DNA of 64,000 nt from Octopus sinensis (lineage: Eukaryota), in contig NC_043008.1 of the NCBI RefSeq assembly GCF_006345805.1, positions 31,992,001-32,056,000 on the forward strand, in the 5' to 3' direction. Below, piece by piece: positions 11,035 through 21,848 of this stretch (position 1 is its first letter; each line of letters opens with the position of its first letter). The notes beneath the pieces were generated by a model. That model saw only the letters and a program-made list of their open reading frames with translations, was not told the DNA's origin and made no database searches. The position numbers were made by a program, and so were the translations under genes.

Positions 11035-11295
11035 TGTTAGGGGAGTGGACACGGAAGTTGTTGTTCGCAAACAGCAGGAGTAATTTTCATCAGCTGAATA
11101 CACGCCATTGATTGGTTAAAATTACCCAAATACAACAATTTTAACACGAAATAACTTCTGGAATACAAAATTTTGTCAAAAACGTTAAGAGTAAACCCTG
11201 TTCTATGTGACACATTCTACAAGTATCCGAAGTTTCAAAGTGTTTAATTAAAAAAAAGTTAATTAAAAAATCTGTCGGTCAGATTGAAAAGATCC
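11035..11295. mobile_element. Right half of the GGATCTTTTC MITE family
   Basis: Matches the 2290-2540 arm (TCAGCTGAATACACG.CATTGATTGGTT.AAATTAC) and ends GAAAAGATCC at 11295. Confidence 0.75.
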
Positions 11296-11402
11296 TTCTA
11301 TTCATAAACATTTAAATAAGGAATATTTCTTAAACCGTTAATTTCACATTTTAACAGCTTAATTGAAATTTAGCTCACGTAACAGGAATTGAGAGGGATA
11401 TC

Positions 11403-12520
11403 ATGAGCAACACTTCCATACCAACTTATTCTGGAGACGACATGTTGAAGGCTATCGATGGTTTAACGCGCCAAGAAGCCCAATTCTGTCGTGTTAGACG
11501 GCATTCGCGAAGCCGTTCTTTCTCTTCTCGACGACGTAACAGTTTTTCAACCAACAATTCTTCGGTGTGTTGGTACCACGCACGTTTTCACAAGGCGCGT
11601 CATTGTAACAAGCCTTATGCTTTTAAAGTATCGGAAAACTGAACCTAGAGAGCCTGGGCACGTCAGACCTCTCTCACAACTTTTCAGGTAAACTTGCTTT
11701 CTTCATTAGGGACCTAGTCTCAAACAGATCCTTCATGGTCGATACAGGATCAAGTTGCAGTATTTTGCCATTACGGTTCAGCTCTAATAAGCCACAGTTA
11801 TCCAATATTTCCTTATACGCGGTGAACCAGTCTCCCATCAAAACCTACGGTCAGACATCTTTAACTCTAGATCTTGCCTTGCGTCGAAATTTCAAATGGA
11901 ATTTTGTCATCGCTGACCTGCCTCATACTATCCTCGGGGCGGACTTCTTACACCACTATTCACTCATGGTAGATGTAAGGAGACAGAGACTTGTTGATAC
12001 TACCACATCTTTATCCACACCTGCATGTGAATCTACCGCTGCTATCCTCAGCCCATCGTTTTTTGTAACTGCTACCAGTTACCAGTTCCATACTCTTCTT
12101 GCTTCGTTTCCAGAGTTAACGGATCTCTCATTTAAGCCTACCCAGACAGTCCACTCGACTCAACATTTTATTACAACAACTGGTCTACCCGTTTTCTCTC
12201 GTCCAAGTAAATTAGCGCCAGACAGGCTCAAGAAAGCCCGCGCGGCATTCGAGCACATGCTCTCCAGCTCGGTCTTATACGCCTTCTTCTAGCCTTTGGG
12301 CATCTTCGCTACACTTAGCTCGGAAGGGTAAAGCGGATTTTAGACCCGTTGGTGATTACAGGAGACTTAATGCTATCACCACGTCCGATCGTTATCCTCT
12401 GCCCAACTTAAGGATTTCTCTTATGTTCTCCATGGTTGCACTATATTTTCCAAAGTGGAACTGGTACGTGTATACCACCAAATTCCGATGAACCCGGAAG
12501 ATATACCTAAAACTGTCGTA
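11403..12520 (+). pseudogene. Ty3/Gypsy (CsRn1-like) gag C-terminus, aspartic protease and start of reverse transcriptase; decayed, no LTRs seen
   Basis: Gag CHCC-type motif VCWYHARF..ARHCNKP. Protease VDTGSSCSILP and ILGADFLHHY. RT start PVFSRP..LAPDRL, VGDYRRLNAITTSDRYPLP and FSKV.LVRVYHQIPMNPEDIPKT. Confidence 0.9.
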
Positions 12521-12539
12521 AGTTATACTTATCAAGAAC

Positions 12540-12753
12540 GAGGAAAAGAACGGTTTCGAGAGAATGTCTGGTGTGAGAGAATAAAGCATAAGTGGAATGT
12601 CTGTTCGAGTGTCAAAGCAGCTTCATGACATGTCACTTAAATGTCAACCATCAACGACAATTTGTTGATCCAAACACAGGAGCAAACACTCAGGCAGTTG
12701 AAAGAAACTGGCTTGGTTCAAAAGTTCGCATTTTGAAAAAAATCACACTTTGA
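12540..12753 (+). pseudogene. Merlin / IS1595 (ISXO2-like) DDE transposase C-terminal fragment
   Basis: 12640-12753 translates NVNHQRQFVDPNTGANTQAVERNWLGSKVRILKKITL*, matching the Merlin motif VNHxxxFVDPxTGAHTQxIExxW. A frameshifted KWNVCSSV lies upstream. Too short for the ORF track. Confidence 0.75.
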
Positions 12754-14679
12754 TCATTTCTGCTGGTGTATGATGAGAAAAAACTCTGATGATCTATTTC
12801 TTGCTTTTCTAGTTGATGTTCGTTCGACTCACCGATAAAATTAGTAAACTTGTTTCAAATTTGCTTCATTCTAATTTCTGTTTAATAATGGTTTCAAATT
12901 TTGTAAAAGGGCAGCCATTTTGGGGAAGGGGATGAGTCGATTACATCGACCCCAGTGTTCAACTGGTGTTTATTTTATCGACCCCGAAAGGATGAAAGGC
13001 AAAGTCGACCTCGGTAGAATTTGAACTCAGAACGTAGCGACGAGCGAAATTCCTATTTCTATTTCTTTACTACCCACAAGGGGCTAAACACAGAGAGGAG
13101 AAACAAGGACAGACAAACGTATTAAGTCTATTATATCGACCCCAGTGCGTAACTGGTACTTATTTAATCGACCCCGAAAGGATGAAAGGCGTGCTAACGA
13201 ATCTGATAGTTTGCCATGTAATAAAATGTATAAAAATTTTAATTCTCTAGTTTTGACTTTTCTTACTGATATTCGTTCGATTCGCCCATAAAATTAGTAA
13301 ACTTGTTTCAAATCTGCTTCATTTTAATTTTTCTAAAGAAATGTATAAAATGTAAGAATGTTTTATTTAAGCCATAATAAATAAATGGAACATGTAGCTC
13401 GCATGTTAATGTAGAAATTGACTCTTATGTTTGCTACGTAGATCGCATACCAAAGTAGCATCGTGCCGCTGAGTGTCACGTGCGTCAAGAGGGAATGACC
13501 CAAATGTGGTTTCAGAAGGATTTGGCTGCTATGTTTTAGAAGATAAATCAACACCTTTAGTAAAAAGGTTTCCTCGTTTGCTCGACAATTGTTGATAATG
13601 TTATTTATCCCCAGATAACCTCAAATTGGACAGACCCACGGTGATTAATGGTGTTACAGCCATGGCATCCTGTCTCTGATTACATTATCGACTGTTGCTG
13701 TCCTTTCAAGACACTGGGACGAGAGCTGTTATCGTTTGACTCCAGGCGAGTTCTGACTGACCCAAGCCTATAATCAAAGGCGTTCCAACCGCGACCATCA
13801 CTTCTTGGCGATCCTTCAGTATTGGTCTCCAGGATATCGGTATGAGGGTACGACGTTATTCACCTCCCTTTTCAGCCTATCCTTTTTATCTGTCATGAGA
13901 GAAGGTTCTGTGGATGAATGGCGTCGTGTACCATTATCGAAGGATTGCATATGATTACCTCGTTCACTGTACTCTTACGTTTCTTTTACGAGTGTAGGTT
14001 TGAATTGAGGAAAATTTGGTTGCTATTTCTAGCAGGATTCAAAATCACATCGTTTGTTTAGCTCCAAGACAGTGCTGATCAAGTAGACCTTTAAAAGATG
14101 ATGAACTGGAAGATTTGCTATAATGTCGAACAAGAGGCCAGCTGTATTTAGTTGTGGATTTTATACATTTTGATTTCAAATCATGCCGAGGCCAATTTTG
14201 CCTTTCCTCCATCCATTGTCAATAAAACAAAGAACCATTCAAGTAATTGAATCAATTTGATTTTTTTAGGAAGCTCTCTGGGATGGAATTTTAGTCTAAG
14301 CACTCCATATAACCTCTTATAATTAAACATTTTTTTTGAAATTTTCAGAAAGTTTTTGCGAATGTGTGTACTACACATGGGAACGCATACAATTATGCAA
14401 AAAAATGTGATTTAAGGTGATTTAGTAGTTGTTTTTAGCACATTACACGACCACTTGATACCTTCCTCGTTTCTTTGTCACTCCGACATGCATTGATGTT
14501 TTTAAATATTTTTCTTCCCATAAGTACATTTCATGGAATGATGATGCACTCAAAGGAGGGATTTAAAGCAAAAGATTCGGACTCTGATATTAAAAAAATT
14601 CGAAAAAGAGTGGAAATTTAAGGATTTATAGGTGGAGGTGTTAAAAATTGAAAGACGAAAAAAGAGTTATGAGGAGTTA

Positions 14680-15054
14680 TATGGCGGCGCTTAAACCAGA
14701 ATTCCGCCCTTCCTGGATGTGAATGGAATTATAATAGAAGACTCAGAACTGTCTTCTATTTAATAAATTACCGTTCAATGATCACTTCTGTGTGTGACAG
14801 TGGTCTAGCTACGAAGCCTCTCGCACTCTCTCTCGTACTCACTCTTTTACTCTGCTTCTGTCTGTCTGTCTCTCTCTCTCGACGCTTAACGTTCATCAGA
14901 GACAAGAGAGGGGGGCACCCTCTAGTGATGGAGACAGGAAAATACACACTAGTTGCTAGCAAGGGGTAGATAACTCTTGCCTCTGACGTCAGACAAACAT
15001 GGAGGCTTATGTCCTTTCTCGACGTCCAGAGATGTTTTGATGTTTCAGGTAAGT
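14680..15054 (+). promoter_or_regulatory. Candidate promoter / first exon ending in a strong donor
   Basis: ATGGCGGC (YY1-like, about 14680), CCGCCC and CTTCCTG (14702-14714), palindromic CRE TCTGACGTCAGA (14982-14993), and CAG|GTAAGT at 15046-15054. Non-repetitive with CpGs retained. Confidence 0.35.
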
Positions 15055-16844
15055 GGAGACCAGTATTATAGTCGACGATCTCTAACCTATTTCTTTTATC
15101 CGATAAGATGAAGTTCACATCTTGGGTACAAACGTTACATTATGATCACCAGCATTTTTGTAAAGACAATAATGTGGTAATTGTACGACTAAGGCACCTG
15201 TTACAATTTAAAATGAAAACTAATGTACTTAAAACATGACACGGAGAGACATAGCATCTATCCATTCATCTTTCCATCTATCTATCTATCTTTCTATCTC
15301 CACACATACATACATTTATACACACACATATGTCAAATATGTATGTATGTATGTCAAATATATATACATTTACTAGTTACATACACAATATATATATATG
15401 CGTGTGTATACGCTCCAGCCTGACGACGGCTGGTTAACATGTAAAAGTATATATATACATAAATGTTTTCTATACACATGTATAGATGTTATACACACAC
15501 ACACATGTGTGTATGTGTCTAATCACCTCGTTTCTGATTCCTTTGGGTATAATTATGTTTATTATTATAATGTTGCTATGAACTTCTATGATAACGAAAT
15601 TGCTCGGCCGAAAGCAAAAAGGAGAATCACAAGCTATAAACATTTATAAAATGGGGAGGAACTAGAAAAGGAAGATAACACATTAAAATCTGAAAAAAGA
15701 AAAAAAGGAGGAAAGTGATCGAGGCGTTTTGGATTGTTCTGTGTTTTTCTTCGTATTACTATTTTAAGAATTGATCCTAATGAGTTAATGTTGATCTGTC
15801 TCTTAAATCTGTCTGTCTGTCTATCTATCGCTCATACATTACATTATGTATGTTGTTTAATCACAATAGAATCATACGTTTATACACGCACGTTTTATAT
15901 GTATGTATCTGCAAATGTTTATCCCCACACATGCTTATACGCATATGTTTATATACAAATATATGTTTGTACATACGCACACTCACATAAACATATACAT
16001 ACTCTACATTCTGTATGATAAAAGTCTAAAAGCTGACACAAAACAATAGATGTATTCGTCTTTGGACTAGAATACAGAGAGAATCCTTATTCCACCCACC
16101 TCCTGTTAGTAGCAGACAGCTACCAATATTTACTGTTCTACAATAGAGCAGAGCCATATATATTTATTTATATTCCAGGCTACAAACACGGGCGTTCGTT
16201 TTAAGGGAACACATACATTCTGGCTGTGTGTTAGTATGTATATATATATATATATATATAGCTCAGTACATAAATATTGACTGATGTATATTTCTCCCTA
16301 GCTATTTTGATGGCTGTTATATGTGTGTGTGTGTTTGTGTTGTTATATAGCACAAACTATATATAGACATTGTTGCACCTGCTGAGCAAAATGTGTATGT
16401 GAGGGGCTTTTTTGTGCGTGTTTGTGTGTATGCGCTGTCGCACACATATATAGGATCGTAGACTTAGCTGCTTTCGGCAGATGAACCTTCGCTGGAATTT
16501 TTCTTCCCGTGTCTTTCCACCTATTTTTATTTCCATGTCAAATAAGTCTTTGTTGCAGACGTTTAGTTTCCTCTTTATCCGCCCTATAAAAGCACTAGAA
16601 ATACGCGATTGTTGAAATTCCTTCATCCCTATCATTGTGGAAAAAAGACTGACTATGGCAGTCCTGTTTAAATGCCAACCCCAACAGTTTGTCTTGTTTA
16701 TTTCTGTCACTATCTTGTGCTATCCTGTTCGTCTGTGTGTGTATCTATCCCGTATTGCCTGGCCATCCATCTATCTGGTCAAATGACATGATTTTCTCTG
16801 TGTGTGAAAGAAAGTCTTGTCTCAATGACGGAACGTATCTATAC

Positions 16845-17012
16845 ATCTGTTTTGGATATACAAAATGAAATAGATTTCAATGCCTTTACCAAGAGTTTAT
16901 TCGTTCCAAGCTGGCGACTTACTCCATCACTGTGCTTTTGGATATACAAATGAAATAGTCTTTAATGCCTGTACAAAGAGTTTATTCGTTCCAACTGGCG
17001 ACTAACTCCGTC
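16845..17012 (+). repeat. About 83-bp tandem duplication
   Basis: TTGGATATACAAA(A)TGAAATAG...AAGAGTTTATTCGTTCCAA(G)CTGGCGACT.ACTCC.TCACTGT occurs twice. Confidence 0.85.
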
Positions 17013-17259
17013 ACTGTTCTGTGTTTCTTGCAGCTGTGCGTTTTTTTCCGTGACCGAGAGTCATCGACTTGGAACAATTATTATATAAACAATGAGGTAT
17101 TACATTTAACACGCGTTTTCCTCTGGGCGTGTCTGTCTCCTTGATGTGATATTTTCTTGGTGAATCAAGAAATGATGGATTTTCCTTTTCAATATTTTGT
17201 ATGCAAGTTTTCATTTTATTGTGCTTGAAATACGAAAGTACCTGGCAACTATGGATAGC

Positions 17260-17644
17260 CTGTGTGTATGTATATATATATGAATATATGTATGTATACA
17301 TATACGTATATATATGTGTGTATATATATATATATATGCATATATGCGTATATATATGTATATAAACGTGTATATGTATATATATGTATATATATGTATA
17401 TACATATATATACATATACACGTTTATATACATATATATATGCGTATATATATGTATATAAACGTGTATATGTATATATATGTATATATATGTATATACA
17501 TATATATATGTGTATTTATATATGTATATATGTATGTATGTATATATATATATATGTATATATATGTGTGTATATATATATATATATGCATATATGCGTA
17601 TATATATGTATATAAACGTGTATATGTATATATATATGTATATA

Positions 17645-17683
<39 letters not shown>

Positions 17684-18605
17684 ATTTATATATGTATATA
17701 TGCGTATATATATATGTATATACATATGTATATATATATGTATATATTTGTATGTGTATATATGGATATGTATGTATATATGTATGTTTAAAAATATGTA
17801 TATATATATATGTATGCTTATATATATGTGTGTATATATATGTATATATATATGTGTGTGTATATATATGTATGTATATATATATGTATATATATGTATA
17901 TATATATGTGTATATATATATGTATATATATATATATGTATATATATATATGTATATATATGCATATATATATGTATATATATATATGTATATATATACA
18001 TATATATATGCATATATCATCATTTAGCGTCCGCTTTCCATGCTAGCATGGGTTGGACGATTCAACTGGGGTCTGTGAAGCCAGAAGGCTGCATCAGGCA
18101 GTCTGATGTGGCAGAGCTTCTACGGCTGGATGCCCTTCCTAACACCAACCACTCCGTGAGTGTAGTGGGTGCTTTTTACGTGCCACCCGCACAGGTGCCA
18201 GAAGGAGCTGGCAAACGGCCACGGACGGATGGTGCTTTTTACGTGCCACCGGCACGGGGGCCAGGCGAGGCTGGCAACGGCCACGAACGGATATATATGT
18301 ATGTATATATATATATATATGCATGTATATATATATATATATGTATGTATATATATATGTGTGTATATGTATGTATATATATATGTGTGTATATGTGTAT
18401 GTATATATATGTATGGGTATATGTGTATGTATATATATGGGTATATGTGTATGTATATATATGGGTATATGTGTATGTATATATATGGGTATATGTGTAT
18501 GTATATATATATATGGGTATATATGTATGTGTATATATGTATTTATGTATGTTTATATGTGTATATATGTATGTGTATATATATATATACACACACATAC
18601 ACACT
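17260..18605. repeat. Compound (TA)/(TATG) microsatellite field, split by a SINE
   Basis: Visible directly at 17260-18015 and 18290-18605. It generates all the Y/I/V/M/C-rich track ORFs. Confidence 0.95.
18016..18290 (-). mobile_element. SINE family D / RTE-tail-related repeat with a (GAT)n tail
   Basis: CATCATCATTTAGCGTCCGCTTTCCATGCTAGCATGGGTTGGACG..GCTGGATGCCCTTCCTAAC.CCAACCAC. Copies at about 26495-26790, 32188-32620, 33770-33960, 41040-41190, 43120-43320, 58686-58870 and 59245-59462. Confidence 0.8.
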
Positions 18606-19081
18606 CAATTGGATTGTTTAGACTCGCATTTATCTTTATATATAAGGGAGATAGGGAACTTTATTGAAGACTCAATATTTGGATTCGCTTTAAATGCCAT
18701 ATCTGTGGTATAATTACTATTAATTCTCCTCTAGACTTTCTTTCAAAGCACCCCAAAAGGTACATACAACAATTGTTCTTTTCCTTTTTTCTTCTACCTG
18801 AATATGACAGAAACATTTCAAGTGTAAGATGTCAAACTGTCTATGTACTTAAAATATAAACCTGCAAGAAGGCAGTGAACTGGCAGAATCGTCACCATGT
18901 CATGCAAAATGCTTAGTGGCATTTCGTTTATCTTTATGTTCTGAGTTCAAATTCCACAAAGGTCGACTTAGCTCCTATTGATGAAGTAAGTACCAGTTGA
19001 ACACTCTGTTCAATGTATTTGACCTACCTGTTTCCCCCAAATTTGCTGGCATTGTACCTAAATTTGAAACTAATATAGAAG

Positions 19082-19421
19082 CCTGAAGGAAATGGTGGTG
19101 TGGCCACGGATGGTATTGCACGTAATCAGATACAAGCATTTGTATAATACCTGATTATGTTGTAGTCGAAGACTTCCACAGAAAGTTTTGGCCCAGCAGC
19201 AGTTGCAATAGTTTATTCGTCAATCTTGCTTAATTCTAGCAGAAACACTTTGTCTCCAACCAATTAACAGTCATTAAAATCCTTTTTTGCCTTGTTTTTG
19301 ATTAACTCTAGAATAACTTTGAAAACAGTTGCAGGCTTAATTGCTGCAGCTACTAGTTCTGTATGACAGCAGTTGGTGTTGCTTCACCGATGATATTATA
19401 CCAATTAGGAATGGAACCCAT
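19082..19421 (-). pseudogene. Unidentified intronless decayed coding fragment
   Basis: About 110 codons with one frameshift and three stops: MGSIPNWYNIIGEATPTAVI/ELVAAAIKPATVFKVILELIKNKAKKDFNDC*LVGDKVFLLELSKIDE*TIATAAGPKLSVEVFDYNIIRYYTNACI*LRAIPSVATPPFPSG. Protein-like composition; family not recognised. Confidence 0.4.
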
Positions 19422-20514
19422 AGTTCTGAGATATCTTTTATGTTTTACTTGTTTCAGTCACTGCACTACAGCCATGCTGGAGCAATGTCTTGAACGGTTT
19501 GGTTGAATAAATTGATTGCAGTACTTTAATTTTTGTAAGTCTGGTACTTATCCTATCGGATAAACTAAAACTGGTTGTCAAGTGGTGTCAGCTACAACAC
19601 AGACACACACACATATCCAGACAACAGGCTACTTTTAGTTTCTGTCTACGAAATCCACTGAAGGTTTCATCGGCTCAAGGTAATAACAGAAGACAATTGC
19701 ACAAGGTGCCTGCCATGCTATAGGACAGCCTGAAACCGTGTAGTTGGAAGGTAAACTTCTTACCATACAGCCATGTCTGTGCTCATATATTCAAATTCTT
19801 TAAGCAAAAATTGTCCTTTTTAAAAAATGAATATGTAAGAGATGGATATGGTAGAGTGTCAATGAATCTCCATTAAAGCCTTGACGAGAAACAGGACAGT
19901 AATGGAACTTGTATTTTTAACCCTTTCAATACCAACCCGCCTAAAATCGCCCTAGTGCTGTTTGTACATAATTCATATTTTAAATTCATTTAAATTAAAA
20001 ACTTCCATCAAAATTTCGTGCTAAGCTATGGCCCCAAAACAAGCTTAATTAATGACCTAGATATTTTACTAAATTTTTCATTATTTTAGAAGTTTAATAA
20101 CTGAAACAAAGGCTCTGTGTTTCAGTAGAAATAGAGTATCCTCGGTTTTCTTTGAAACACTGCTCAAGCAGATCCAGTGTTTACAGAATCTACTCTACTC
20201 CGATTACTTCTTGCAAACGATGCAGATAACATCATTTCCAATTCCAACCAGCTATCATATTCTTTATGGCAGCCATTTCCCTTTCTTATGGATATTATTT
20301 TCCTTTTACTTGTTTGTGCTCTTCAGAAAGAAAGCAATCTTCAAATTGTTACGAATTCGTTCCTATATCTCTACTCAGTTATAATTATAAACACCACTTC
20401 TCAGGTCACTTTGAGGGCATTGTGTGTGTGTGTGTGTGTAAACATGTGCATATACGTGTATAGACTTGACATTTCCTATTCTGGCCATAACTTGTACTGA
20501 TGTCCAGTGTTCAG

Positions 20515-21040
20515 TCGTTGACATTAATTCTTGGAATTTCATCCGTCTTTACGTTCTGAGTTCAAATTCCGCTGTGGTCGACATTATCTTTCATCTTTTC
20601 GGGGTCGATAAATTAAGTACCAGTTGAATACTGGGGTCAATGTAATCGACTAACCCCCATCCCCCAAAATTTCAGGCCTTGTGCCTTTAGTAGAAATTAT
20701 TATTATTATTATTATTTGTGAAGATGCATAGCCTAATGGTTAGGGTGTTGCACTCACGATCGCGAGATCGTTGTTTCAAGGACTAGACCGGAGTGGTGTG
20801 TTGTGTTCTTGAGCAAAAACATTTCATCTCACGTTCCTCTGCGATCACGTCGACACCTGACGCGTGGTACACTGCGCACCTGTTCAGGCAACGTCGATTG
20901 GAGGGAGGGAGCTAATTACAGCAATACATTTGATCACTGGAAACAAATCATTTGTGCCGGTCACTCAGCAAAACATCTGAACACTCATACGTCGTTTTCA
21001 ACGGGAGAGTCCATAATCACTATTATTATTATTATTATTG
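20515..21040 (+). mobile_element. Head-to-tail SINE B (20515-20697) and tRNA-headed SINE (20722-21040), both with (ATT)n tails
   Basis: Family B body, then TAGCCTAATGGTTAGGGTGTTG (A-box-like) and TGTGTTCTTGAGCAAAAACATTTCATCTCACG. Confidence 0.7.
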
Positions 21041-21608
21041 AGCGATAGAGCAGCGCATGCTATGAAAGTGACACTGGGGTACAAAATATATGACGCCCAA
21101 TATACCCATCATGACTACCTGCGTGATAAAGGCACATGCATCACAACCATGTGCGCGCGATATGGTGATCTCATATCAAGATAAAGAGCGCATGACCTTG
21201 CAGGTGTGTGTGTGTGTGGGGGGGGGGTTGCAAGTTAGAATTTTCTTCAGTTCGAGTAGCCCATCCCGCTCAAAAAGTCTCTGAATATGGGTTGTTTAAA
21301 GATGTTGAACGAACCACTCATGTTTTCAAAGGTGAATTATTCAAACCCCAAAGAATTTCTCTCAATACATGGCTGAATATTCCAGTTGTTCAATCAACGA
21401 AGCTGTTCATTTAATGAATTGTCGTGTGAGATGGCTGAGTATTCTACAGATATGTGTACCCAACACAGCGTGGGCTAAGTACAGTCTATTCGACGGGATT
21501 CCAAGACATCACGCAGTAGGATCGAACCCGAGATCTCATTGTCGCAGAGCAATTTCTTAACCACTCGAACACTCGCGCTTTTGTATATATTTACTTATTA
21601 ACTTTTAC

Positions 21609-21697
21609 CTTCTACTCCGACAAGTACAGCGAAGTCTCGGATTCGCTGAAGATGTTCCACGAAAAGATCAAAACATGTTTGAAGTTGTCTCCCGTTC
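21609..21697 (-). other. Candidate 89-nt exon
   Basis: Minus strand ttttggcag|GAACGGG...GTAGAAG|gtaaaa. One frame is open (NGRQLQTCFDLFVEHLQRIRDFAVLVGVE). Unique-looking, CpG-retaining sequence. Confidence 0.25.
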
Positions 21698-21786
21698 CTG
21701 CCAAAACACCCAAAATATCATTGATTAACGTTTTGTTTTTTTCCTCACCACATAATTTCTGGTAGTTAGCTTTTCGATGCTCCTTG

Positions 21787-21848
<62 letters not shown>

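Noticed and set aside
11670-11695. TTTTCAG|GTAAAC as a recursive splice site
   Set aside because: Lies inside Gypsy coding sequence with no clear branch point; probably chance.
15414-15436. CTGACGA as a hammerhead core
   Set aside because: No properly placed GAAA or stem III follows; it is only a small CCAGC/GCTGG hairpin.
17011-18713. Long ORFs (up to 337 aa) rich in Y/I/V/M/C
   Set aside because: They are read-throughs of (TA)/(TG) microsatellites that lack stops in some frames, not genes.
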